DNA of 64,000 nucleotides from Leucoraja erinacea (lineage: Eukaryota). The stretch spans positions 57,412,001 through 57,476,000 of the forward strand of contig NC_073384.1 of NCBI RefSeq assembly GCF_028641065.1. Reading direction: 5' to 3'. Shown one piece after another: positions 1 through 11,443 of this stretch (its first letter is position 1; each line of letters opens with the position of its first letter). The notes beneath the pieces were generated by a model that was given only the letters and a program-made list of their open reading frames with translations, had not been told where the DNA came from and searched no databases. The position numbers were made by a program, and so were the translations under genes.

Positions 1-187
1 AGACAAAATGAGACGGGTAATAAACTTTATCAAAAATTAGGTGGACGACTTCTCCAAATATAAGATTGTGCTGTGAAAGTGAGTCCCAGTTATTTGAATG
101 CCCTGCAGTGTTGAAGCAGAAAGCCACAAAAAAGTCAGAACTAAAATATTGTATGTTATGGGGAATGGCAATGATCAGTGGTACTTA

Positions 188-1725
188 CAGTGCCCTCCAT
201 AATGTTTGGGACAAAGACCCGCCATTTATTTATTTGCCTTTGTGCTCCACAATTTGAGATTTGTAATATTAAAAAAAATCACATGTGGTTAAGTGCACAT
301 TGTCAGCTTTTAATAAAGACCATTTTAATACATTTTAGTTTCACCATGTAGAAATTACAGCTGTGTTTATAGATAGTGCCCCCCCATTTCAGGGCACCAT
401 AATGTTTGGGACACATGGCTTCACAGGTCATTGTAATTGCTCAGGTGTGTTTAATTGCCTCCTTAATGCAGGTATAGGAGCGCTCTCAGCACCTAGTCTT
501 TCCTCCAGTCTTTCCCTCACCTTTGGAAACTTTTATTGCTGTTTATCAACATGAGGACCAAAGTTGTGCCAATGAAAGTCAAAGAAGCCATTATGAGACT
601 GAGAAAATAGAATAAAACTGTTAGCGCCATCAGCCAAACCTTACTGTAGGCTTACCAAAATCAACAGTTTGGAACATCATTAAGAAGAAAGAGCGCACTG
701 GTGAGCTTACTGATCGCAAAGTGACTGGCAAACCAAAGAAGAGAAATACAGAAATACAGAGGCTACGCTGCAAGATGCAAACCACTGGTTATCCACAAAA
801 ATAGGATGGTCAGGTTACAGTTTGCCAAGAAGTACTTAAAAGAGCAACCACAGTTCCGGAAAAAAGGTCTTGTGGACAGATGAGACGAAGATTAACTTAT
901 ATCAGAGTGATGGCAAGAGCAAAGTATGGAGGAGAGAAGGAACTGCCCAAGATCCAAAGCATACCACCACATCTGTGAAACACAGTGGTGGGCGTGTTAT
1001 GGCCTGGGCATGTATGGCTGCTGACGGTACTGGCTCGCTTATCTTCTTTGATGATACATTTGCTGATGGTAGTAGCATAATGAATTCTGAAGTGTATAGA
1101 CACTATCAGCTCAAGTTCAAACAAATACCTCAAATTCTACAGCAAGATATGGGAGGGGTAGTTGAGGCCAGTTCATTGGCTATATTTAAGAGGGAGTTAG
1201 ATGTGGCCCTTGTGGATAAAGGGATCAGGGGGTATGGAGAGAAGGCAGGTACAGGATACTGAGTTGGATGATCAGCCATGATCATATTGAATGGCGGTGC
1301 AGGCTCAAAGGGCCGAATGGCCTACTCCTGCAACTATTTTCTATGTTTCTATGTCTAAGACAATGATCCCAAACATATTGCTAAAGCAACAAAGGAGTTT
1401 TTCAAAGCTAATAAATGGTCAATTCTCGTGGCTGTCAATCACCCGATCTGCAAAGGATATGCAACAAAAATACTAAACATGACTACTTTCATTTACATGA
1501 CATTGCTGTGTCCCAAACATTATAGTGCATTGAAATGGGGGACTATGTACAAACACTGCTGTAAGTTCTACATGGTGAAACCAAAATGTATAAAAATGGT
1601 CTTTATTAAAATCTGACAATGTGCACTTTAACCACATGTGAGTTTTCCTCTTACAAATCTCAAATTGTGGCAGGGGCAAATAAATAAATGATGGGTCTTT
1701 GTCCCAAACATTATGGGGGGCACTG
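188..1725 (+). mobile_element. Tc1/mariner DNA transposon (IR/DR type), degenerate
   Basis: TA on both flanks. Long TIRs: cagtgccctccataatgtttgggacaaagaccc and gggtctttgtcccaaacattatggggggcactg. Inner direct repeat near 390-415. Transposase remnant WTDETKINL...VKHSGG.VMAWAC...QQD/NDPKH with frameshifts and a deletion. Confidence 0.95.
1157..1353 (+). mobile_element. CR1 (HER1-like) LINE 3' fragment nested in Tc1
   Basis: VVEASSLAIFKRELD...GYGEKAGTGY and a (ttctatgt)n tail. It splits the Tc1 QQD|NDPKH motif. Confidence 0.9.
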
Positions 1726-1924
1726 TATTTGGAATGCAACGGTTAGAGTTGCACGTTTAATAATAAACAGACTGTGGGACCGGTTGGGTCCCAGTCACAT
1801 GGGAGGCCTGGTCCCCCAACACAACCCATTCCCCAACACAATATTCCACCACTCACCCATAGCCCCTAACTTCGCAGGCACGGCTCATTTCCCCTCATCC
1901 CCATACACTCCCTCCCCCTCTTCT

Positions 1925-2400
1925 TTATGTGTGGGAGGGGAGATGGGGAGGTGTGGAGGGAAGTGGGGTGTGTGTGTGTGGACAGGGAGATATACGAGGG
2001 GGGAGAGGGTGGTGTGGTGGGGGGGGATGTGTATGTGGGTGGGGAGGGGGAGTGGGTATTGGAGGGGGAGAGGGATATGTGGGGGAGGGTATGTGTGGGG
2101 GGGGGGAGGGTGTCCTGCATGGGATATGTGGGGGGAAGGGGTGTCTGGGTGGGGGGAGGGGTGTGTGGGGGCGGGGGGGGGAATTGCGTGTGCGGGGAGG
2201 TTGCGGGGGGGGTGGGGGTTGTGGGGGCGGGGGAATGTGGGGCCGGGGGGTTGTGGTGGGGGGGTGTGGGGTAGTTGTGGGGAAGTTGTGAGGGAGAGGG
2301 GTGTGTGGGTGGGGGGGGAGAGGAGAGTGAGCTCAGAGAAAACACGGGGAAGAGCCATGGGGGAGGGGGGTGGGGTATCACGGTAGATGGGGGGAGGAGC
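1925..2400. repeat. G-rich low-complexity tract
   Basis: Dense G-runs that explain the overlapping Gly- and Pro-rich ORFs. Confidence 0.9.
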
Positions 2401-2535
2401 CAGTGAAGAGGACCAGAGGGGTAGTGGCTGGAATTGGCGGTGCGATGGGGACTCACAGCGGGCACTGGTCACTGGTCGTTCTCCGCCGGGATCAGAGTCT
2501 CTGCTCTCTGTTTGGTGACTTCGGCAACTTCTCTG

Positions 2536-2665
2536 ACTCTGGGCTGGGCTGGGTGTCCATCTCTGGGCTGGGCTGGGTGTCCGACTGTGGGCTGGGCTGG
2601 AACTCCGACTCTGGGCTGGGCTGGGTCTCCGACTCTGGGGGCTGGACTGACCAGGGTCTCCGACG
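2536..2665 (+). repeat. Minisatellite, ~24-bp unit
   Basis: About 5 copies of gactctgggctgggctgggt(g/c)tcc. Confidence 0.85.
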
Positions 2666-3339
2666 CTGAGCTGCTTCGGGACCCTCTGAAAATTCAGTTG
2701 GAAAACTCCATAAGCCATCCTCAGCTCCAGTAAAGATGCGATGGCGCAGGAAGGGGCGGACTGTCCCGGTGAGCGACTGGGAAAGAGACTAATCCGTGCG
2801 GCGCTGAACGGCAGAAGAGATCGATCTGCACACGCGTGGTTTTTAAGATTTTTTTTAAACCTCGCTAACTTTTACCACATTCAACTGATCGGAACGAAAC
2901 TAGGTGCACTCGCAGCACAGGGGAACAGTAAGTGAAATGGCAAAAATCGTAGCACTATCGTAAACTGGTTTTGTGCAAATAGAAAGACTGCACAAACCGG
3001 AAGATAACAAGTTCAGAGTTTTAGTTATGTATAAGACAGATAGTAATGCAACCTTACAAACCAATGTTCCAGTACATAACGTTATTGCATTTCATGAGGG
3101 AGTATTTTGTGTGGCATCCACAAACAATCAGTGGATAATTCCAAGTAAACACATGGCATCCAATCTGTGATAGCAGAAAATTTAAATCAAATGAAGACTC
3201 TTCAATTATAAGGTGCATTAGCTGAGCATAGTTATGATCTTTCCTAGTGACAGTAAAGTTCTCACAGTACTTAGCCTTGCTGAAGCAGTCATATATTGCT
3301 GAATAAACAAACAGAGCAGGAACAGAGCCATCTTGTCCC

Positions 3340-4580
3340 TGATAGAACTTATAGTGGGGTTTTTTGAAGAGGTCACCAAGAGGGCTGATGAGGGGATGGG
3401 CAGAGGACACTGTATTTGTGGAATTTAGCAAGGACTGACAAAGTCCTGCATGGTAGACAAACCTGGAAGATTAGATCAAATCGAATCCAAGCAGGAAAGA
3501 TATACCAGGATGATGCCAGGATTAGAGGGTGTGAGCTATAGGGAGAGGTTGAGTAGGCTGGGTCTCTATTCCAATGGAGTGTAGGAGGATGAGGGGAGAT
3601 CTTATAGATGTGTACAAAATCATGAGAGGAATAGATCGGATCTTTTACCCAGAGTAGGGGAATCGAGGACCAGAGAACATAGGTTCAAGGTGAAGGGATA
3701 AAGATTTAATAGGAATCCGAGGGTCACATTTTTACATGGAGGGTGGTGGGTGTATGGAACAAGCTGCCAGAGGAGGTAGTTGAGGCTGGGAATATCCCAT
3801 CATTTAAAAAACAGTACATGGACTGTTGGAGGGTTATGGACCAAGCTCAGGCAAGTGAGACTAGGGTAGCTGGGACATTGTTGGCCGGTGTGGGCGAGTT
3901 GGGCCGAAGGGCCTGTTTCCACACTGTATCACTCTATGACTCTATGACTTTAAGCAGAGCTAGCCAACTGGCTACTAAATTATCCTAGAAGGAGACAAAG
4001 AGTGGTTTGAAAGCCAGTGACCAGTGTAGTGCCGTAGGGGTCAGTGTTGGGTGCACTGTTGTTTGTTATCTACATTAGAGTTTAGATGACAATGTAGTTA
4101 ACATTGTTAGTAGATTTGCAGCTGGTGGTGCAGTTGACAGTGAGGAGGAATATCCAAGTTTACAACAGGATCTAGATCAGTTGTGAAGCTGAGCCAAGAA
4201 ATGGCAAATGGAATTTAACTATGACAAGTGCGAGGTTTTGTACTTTGATATTTCAAACCAAGTCAGGACATACACTGTAAATGGTAACGCCTTGCAGAGT
4301 GTAGCAGAGTAGAGAGTTCTGGAAATATGGGAGCATGATTCCCTAAAAGTAGTGACTCAGGTAGGCAATGTAGTAAAGAAGATCTTGAGCATGCTTGCTA
4401 TCATTGGGAAGGGCATGGAGTACAAAAGAAGGGACATCATGATGCAGCTGTACAAGGTGTTGGTGAGACCACACTTGGAAGTACCATATAGTTCCGGTCA
4501 TCCAGGAATGGGAAGGATGTCACTAAGATGGAAAAGGTGCAAAAGAGATTCACCAGGATGTTACCTGGGCTTGAGTTATA
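3340..4580 (+). mobile_element. Nested degenerate CR1 LINE fragments
   Basis: RT and C-terminal remnants (LYKVLVRPHLE, VGVWNKLPEEVVEAG) and a ctctatga tail near 3945. Confidence 0.85.
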
Positions 4581-4971
4581 GGTTTCTCTCTCTACAGATG
4601 CTACCTGTCCTGCTGAAGATTTAAAGCATTTTCTGCTTTTATTTCAGATTTCCAGCATCTGAAGTTTTTTTTTTGATTTTCACAGAGCATGTCGCTTTTA
4701 AAAAAAAAATAGAAAACACATCTGCTGGAAGATGTTACGCAGCAGATAATGCCATCTGATAATGACGGATTCTGGGAAAATATCAGACATGCCAGGCTGA
4801 ATCACAAGAGGCACTAATCAACCTGCCAATGTTTAGTAGCGTGACCTGGCATTTCTAGGCATGAACAACTCAGCAGCGTCATTTCATAACAAATACACCA
4901 GTTTGAATGATAAAGTCAAAAACGAGTTAGCAAATGATCATGAGATGAATGAATCAAAGCTCAATACCGAC

Positions 4972-5104
4972 CTTCTGCATGCTGCAGCAAAAGAAAGATG
5001 GAGTCTTCAGAAACTATTTGCTTCTTCAGTTGTACCATGTTAGGCACACTGTGGGGAATGATGGTTTTTTTGTTCCTGCTGCCCTCGCTGCTTTTCCTTA
5101 GACT
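4972..5104 (-). CDS. RPS6KC1: RPS6KC1 coding exon (kinase-like N-lobe), 133 nt
   Basis: ctccgtcag|AGTCTAAGG...GCAGAAG|gtcggt. Encodes SLRKSSEGSRNKKTIIPHSVPNMVQLKKQIVSEDSIFLLLQHAE(G), matching vertebrate RPS6KC1. Phase 0-1. Confidence 0.93.
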
Positions 5105-8100
5105 CTGACGGAGAACAGAAAGGTCAATTAAACCTCTACTGCATTTGATCATCCTGTGCTCTGCATTTATGCACTACTCGAATCTATCCGTGCTATTCCG
5201 TGCTGTTAGAAAACCAGTTAGTCCCCTTTGCCTTCCCTTCAGTGCCCCAAGCTTTCTGACTTATGGCAACTGGCTCCAACACACAGAGGATGGCACTGAG
5301 CTACCATTAAATGTTCTATTGATTATTGAATTGAATACTTTATTGTCACATGTGACAAGTCACAGTGAAATTCTCTGCTTGCATACCTTGCCAAGGTATG
5401 CAAACAGTCACCCATAAAGAGCCCTTACAAAGTTCCAAATCCCCGCCAGTTCCCCCTTTGCTTTTCCCCCCAACCCCCCTAACTCACGGCAGCCCCCCCA
5501 CGCCGGGTCCTCCTTTATTCCTTCCCTATTTGTCTCTCTCATTGAAGTCATCAAAATAATACATTATTTTCTTCAGAACAAATGCCAACAGTAAATTATA
5601 TTGAAAACTGTACAAGCTGATCAAAGGTCTGCATTTATCTCTCAGGTTGAGTGCGGAAGACCAAGTCGAGACCCGAGCCATTGATCACAAAGACTAGCGG
5701 TTTTTAAAAATGAACAATTTCACAGGTTAGACCATTAACCATGACCAGGTAGCTTGGACATTCTTGAAAGAACATAAACAATAGCAGCATGAGTAGTCCA
5801 TCACCTCCTTGTGACAAAATCCATTCTCAGCCTCTATGGTGGGATGGGTTGAGCTGGTGATCTACTGTGAGACACTGCAGCCACAGTGAGTCCAAAAGTG
5901 AAGATAAAGGGCCAAGATCTAGGGATCTGGCACAAGGGACACACCATGGATTGGGTGGGTGTCAGGAGAGTGCCTGAACATGGTGTTGGATGGAGTGCTC
6001 TTTCCTCTGGCTCTATATTCCCTTGCGATGGTTTCAGGGCAAACCAATCTTGGGGAAATACAGGGCGGCATTTACCCTCTTAATGGCACAACCAGAAATC
6101 TGTTCATTTGCTCCAATGTTCATGCACTTGTAGTCCTTCGTGGAGATAAAGGTCAAAGTGTTTTGAAACTAAGGTGATAAAACCTTGGGGTGTTATTGCA
6201 GTGTATTTAGTCACTGTTATACCTTGCCGCCTACTGATCAGATGGCTACTGTGTCCAAGTTAGGACTGAACTTAGTGAGTGCTTTGGTGTTGCACATGAC
6301 CACAAATGCAGTGAGAATCTTATCATAACCCTGACTTACGTCTTGCAGTTAGTGGAAAGATTTTGGGGAAACAAAGCACATATTACTTGCTGCAGGACTC
6401 CCAGCCTCCGACCTACCGTAAGTAGTTATTTATAATCAATAACACTGTGACTCATCCAACATTTGGTCCAGAGAAAAAAAACCAAGTACTTCATTAAATC
6501 AAAGATAAAATAGTCTCAACTCCAAATTATTCCCTTATTTGAAAATACAAGCTATGATCCATGAACATTTTTAAGGATCTTTGCAAAATATAATTAAATA
6601 AGCTTTCTCATTCCATATTGTGTTCGCTATCAGAGGATTCTGTTCACATTCTATTCAGAAAAGTCCCAGCTGCCGACTCTGTCTGCTATCAGATAGCTGA
6701 TCTCAATTAAGGCATCAAAAGGATCACAGCAAATGGCAGCTGTGGTCCAATGCTATGGATAGCAAAAAGGAGAACCACTTGGGTTCCTGTTATTGATTGC
6801 AAATAATTGAGTGCATTGCACAGTCTAAACTAACATATGAAGAATATCTAAATGAGTCAGAATCCCTGCTGCCTATTAATCAATGGTTAGGCTTCTCTGT
6901 GTTTCTTGATTGAACTATGATGGAAATTTCTTAGGAACTGGTTTCATTGGCTTCTGACGACCCCTCCACTTGCAAGGTTTTTGCACTTAACGTTACTGGA
7001 GCGCACAATATGCTTGCTTATTTAGGCCAGCGGTGTTATTATCTATGCAAATATCAGAATTACTTCAAGCTCAGTGCAATTTCTGTTCAAAATTTAAAAG
7101 ATTTTTTTTATTTTGGCCAGCCAAGACCACCAGCCAAGTCGATTGCAAATCGTGCCACAGTATTTTTTTACGCCCTACTCTCACCAGATGAGCTCTCTAG
7201 TAAAAACCAGGGAACATGCCAAGACTATGCAGTGCCCTATCACCAGAAAATCTGCAGCTGGTGTAACTCCCCACATAGCAAATGTACCGGTTGAAATGCT
7301 GTGCGAGTACAAACTAAGTCAACATCTTTGGGAAATGTGAACCAGAAGATACTGAGAGTAAATACAATGATAAATATAGTTGTATGCTAAAGGGGTACTT
7401 AATTTAACAATCATTAAAAGATAACCAAGATTATAGGAAGCCAGTTTCGAAGCATGCTGGAGCGCCACAACCAAGGGAAATACTTAATCAACTGAATCCT
7501 AAAACAAACAACTGTTTTGGCAAAGTGGTGTACTACATATTAAAATTTATCGATGAGGTGTACCAACTCATTTCACTTTCTTTGCTTCCAAAGTGGAACT
7601 TCATTACCACATGAACATGTGATCTCGAATAAGGTACCAAGTCCAGGAATGGGCTGGGGGAAGATGATGTTCCTTTCATTTTTACTGTTGTGCAGCTCAG
7701 ATTGAATAGAATTTGCTGTAGTAACACACCAAATTCAGAATGGCACTCCCTACCTCATGAGCATGATTTTTTCCACTGCACAAAACAGCCATCCTTACAG
7801 CATCTTAGTGAGAGATTGCTCAATTAGTGTCAATTAGTGATGAATTATGGACAGTTTTGTGCTGCTGGGAATGAGTTGAGAATGTCCAGGCTAATTTAAC
7901 TTGGAATAACAGCTGTTAAGTAGAGAGACAGAGACAAAGCTACTAACCCATCTGCCAAGATGTATTTAGACATCTTCTACAGGTGAAAGAATAATACTTT
8001 AAACAGGTCTCGCTTTCGTCATTCCCTACACAAAAATTTGGATTAATTGAAATTTGAAACCAAGTTTGTTAATAATGAGCATAATGAGAAATATTAAGTG

Positions 8101-8527
8101 TCTTTTATTTTAAAAAACCTATTTTAAACTCCAGTTTAAAATACAATGTTTTTCACCTCTCAAAGCAAAACATAAGGAATTTATGTCTTTCTTTTTATTT
8201 TAAATGTCCATGTAATACATGTTTTACCACACTAAAGCTAATGATTATAAAGCATCTTTCGCAACCATCAGCTGTTCCAAAGTGCCTTGTAGGTAATGAA
8301 TGTTCACTGTTCTAATGTATGGAGATGTGGTATCCAATTTGCATAGAACATGGTCCACAGACATTCATGAGAAAAATCACCAAATGCGTTCCAATGACAT
8401 TAGGTGGAATGTCAGTATTAGGCAGTTCCTTGGGACAACTTCCATGCTCCAAGATAATGCCATGTGATCTTTATGTCCATCTGAGAGGACAGATGGGACT
8501 TCAATAATGTCAGTACTGAATGTTCAA

Positions 8528-8673
8528 GCTTCTTTGTGGATTGTCACCTTGTCGTGGTGGAGAAGCTTGTGTGGACCTGAGATCCTGAGAGCGATGCCGT
8601 CTGGAGCAATGCTCCTGGTAGGGCCATCCATGGCGGTAAGGTCGAGGGGGAGGACTCTGACAAAGAGCAATCC
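8528..8673 (+). ncRNA. Candidate HDV-like self-cleaving ribozyme
   Basis: P1 gcttctt/gagaagc; P2 ggattgt/gcaatcc; P3 cacc/ggtg; L3 ttgtcgt; J4/2 Caaaga. Pairings assigned by eye. Confidence 0.65.
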
Positions 8674-8958
8674 AACCAAGATCTCAACGGTGGAACAGGC
8701 GGAGGATGATGGCTGACCTTAGTGGAGCGTCACAACGGCTGGGAAGGCGGATGAAGGTTGCAGCAGAAAAAGGTCTCCGGTCGTTTTGGACTCCATGCCA
8801 CTGGATCCTGACCCAGATCTGTCAAGGACCGTGGGGTGGCTGTCTGTGCACGAGTCTCCCCACGTTAAACGCACAGGCGTCACGCACAGGCGTCCTCCAT
8901 ATAGGGAATAGCACCCTGGAGACACCCATGGTCAGCCTGACCGAAGGGGGCCTAAGAA
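8528..8958 (+). mobile_element. Complete short RTE-derived non-autonomous retroelement
   Basis: 10-bp TSD gaatgttcaa (8518-8527 and 8959-8968). 5' end resembles RTE-clade (Rex3/BovB) 5' UTRs: caccttgtcgtggtgg, cctggtagggcca, gacaaaga. Confidence 0.8.
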
Positions 8959-9321
8959 GAATGTTCAACATTGATCATGTGTTTAAATTCATAGGAACAG
9001 GGGTAAACCATTTTGTCTCTCGTATATTGGCAGATCGAGGTCTGAAATCCATATATTCACCTTATATCTTGATACCTCGAGTAAACTGAAAATCTATCAC
9101 TCTCCAATTTAATACTTGCACAAATGATCTGGCATCAACTACAGTTTGCAGAATAGTGTTTCAAACTTCTTCAATGCTTTGTGGTAAAAACACTTCTCTA
9201 TTTCATTTCAAAAAATTCATGGCTGTAGTTTTTAAGACAATGGTCCCAACCACATCCAACACTCCTCAATCAGAAAAGTTTTTCAAACCAAGTGGTTTTC
9301 ATTTTCTTCTTATCCTATTAC

Positions 9322-10248
9322 ATAGAAACATAGAAACATAGAAATTAGGTGCAGGAGTAGGCCATTCGGCCCTTCGAGCCTGCACCGCCATTCAATATGA
9401 TCATGGCTGATCATCCAACTCAGTATCCCGTACCTGCCTTCTCCCCATACCCTCTGATCCCCTTGGCCACAAGGGCCACATCTAACTCCCTCTTAAATAT
9501 AGCCAATGAACTGGCCTCAACTACCTTCTGTGGCAGAGAGTTCCAGAGATTCACCACTCTCTGTGTGAAAAAAGTTTCCTCATCTCGGTTTTAAAGGATT
9601 TCCCCTCTATCCTTAAGCTGTGACCCCTTGTCCTGGACTTCCCCAACATCGGGAACAATCTTCCTGCATCTAGCCTGTCCAACCCCTTAAGAATTTTTCT
9701 ATAAGATCCCCTCTCAATCTCCTAAATTCTAGAGAGTATAAACCAAGTCTATCCAGTCTTTCTTCATAAGACAGTCCTGACATCCCAAGAATCAGTCTGG
9801 TGAGCCGTCTCTGCACTCCCTCTATGGCAATAATGTCCTTCCTCAGATTTGGAGACCAAAACTGTACGCAATACTCCAGGTGTGGTCTTACCAAGACCCT
9901 GTACAACTGCAGTAGAACCTCCCTGCTCCTATACTCAAATCCTTTTGCAATGAAAGCTAACATACCATTCGCTTTCTTTACTGCCTGCTGCACCTGCATG
10001 CCTACCTTCAATGACTGGTGTACCATGACACCCAGGTCTCGCTGCATCTCCCCCTTTCCCAATCGGCCACCATTTAGATAATAGTCTGCTTTCCCGTTTT
10101 TGCCACCAAAATGGATCTCACATTTATCCACATTATACTGCATCTGCCAAACATTTGCCCACTCACCCAGCCTATCCAAGTCACCTTGCAGTCTCCTAGC
10201 ATCCTCCTCACAGCTAACACTGCCCCCTTCACAGCTAACACTGCCCCC
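9322..10248 (-). mobile_element. Young CR1 (HER1-like) LINE, 5' truncated
   Basis: ORF2 C-terminus (LQGDLDRLGEWA..WQMQYNVDKC..LVRPHLEYCVQFWSP) and a (ttctatgt)n tail. Confidence 0.95.
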
Positions 10249-10404
10249 CTTATCCTTCTGATCTTGAAAATTTCTGATCAAATCACCTCTTGATCTTACA
10301 AAATTTTCAAAAGTACGGCTATTTTCTGTGATCTCATAATTTATCCAATGGAATCCAGATATAATTTTGGTAAATATGTGTTGTATTATTTTTAGTACCA
10401 GTAG

Positions 10405-10655
10405 TTTAGTTTATTTTAGAGATACAGTGGCCCGTCGGCCCACCGAGTCCATTCCCACCAGTGATCCCCGCACATTAACACTATCGTACACACGCTAGGG
10501 ACAATATACATTTATACCAAGCCAATTAACCTACAAACTTGTACGTCTTTGGAGTGTGGGAGGAAACCAAAGATCTCAGAGTAAACCCACACAGTCACGG
10601 GGAGAACGCACGTACAGACCTGTAGTCGGGATCAAACCCGGGTCTCTGGCGCTGC
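10405..10655 (-). mobile_element. tRNA-derived V-SINE (HE1-like)
   Basis: B-box-like gggtttgatccc, V-domain, CR1-like 3' end with a taaac tail. Confidence 0.85.
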
Positions 10656-11395
10656 AGTATGTATCCATCCTATCATAATCATCATAATCATAATCGTAAT
10701 TTATTAGCCGAGTACGTTTTGCAACATACGAGGAATTTGGTTTGCTGTACAGTCATAACAAGAAAGCATCAGGACACAAAACTACATAAAAATTGACATA
10801 AATATCCACCACAGCAGCTCCTCCACATTCCCCACTGTGATGGAAGGCAAAAGTATTGTTCTCAGAATATATCCTTTCTAAAGTATTGTTCTCGTAGTTG
10901 CTCACAGAACTCCAGATCTAGTCTAGGCATGGCTTTGTATAGCTGCAACATTGTGCCTGTTCTAGGCCAGCATTCCATTAGCCTCTTTTTATTATTTGGA
11001 GTGGGACCTGACATAAATCAAACAGCAAGACCATCTATGGGATTGTCCATCTGTTCTCATCTGGGCTATTAAGGGAACAAGTGACTATAGGATGGCAAAG
11101 TTGCAAACATTCTGGCTTCAATATTGTATATCATTGGGCAAAGAGGTTCTCATTAACCATCCGCGAAGGCAAGCATTGGTGCTGTTTCTCTTACTCGCTT
11201 TCAACATTACAGCAGAATAATTAAGACGAGGTATGAAATAGCTCAGGATGTGTGTGGAATAAGACGAGGTATGGAAATATTTTTGAAGAAGAGTATATTG
11301 AGAATATGCAAAACAAAAAAAAGTCAAGGAACAATTACAATATTAGAATTAAACCACAAAGCTGGAATGAACTAACATTTTAGAAAGTTGCTTAC

Positions 11396-11443
11396 TTTTA
11401 AAATGAAGGTTTCCTGTGTTCTGGAATCCAACACGAGCAAAAC
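11396..11443 (-). CDS. RPS6KC1: RPS6KC1 coding micro-exon, 48 nt
   Basis: tttctgaag|GTTTTGCTC...TTAAAA|gtaagc. Encodes VLLVLDSRTQETFILK. Phase 0-0. Too short for the ORF track. Confidence 0.93.

Larger units (their letters stand above)
1768..3040 (-). mobile_element. Probable non-autonomous Helitron
   Basis: Minus strand starts A|TC(tgtcttatacataactaaaact) and ends with hairpin gggacc-caacc-ggtccc, then a degenerate CT(A)G|T. No TSD. G-rich interior. Confidence 0.6.

Noticed and set aside
2536-2665. Spaced repeats resembling a CRISPR array
   Set aside because: Head-to-tail minisatellite with no unique spacers, no cas genes, and a vertebrate context.
1688-2733. Long Gly- and Pro-rich ORFs on both strands
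   Set aside because: Stop-free by-products of G-rich low-complexity sequence and tandem repeats inside a transposon.
1-4971. Next large RPS6KC1 exon (GKLWS...)
   Set aside because: Not found here; it probably lies beyond the window start, so this is not evidence of gene loss.
10208-10248. 21-bp tandem duplication at a CR1 5' junction
   Set aside because: Ordinary slippage or template jump during truncated insertion.
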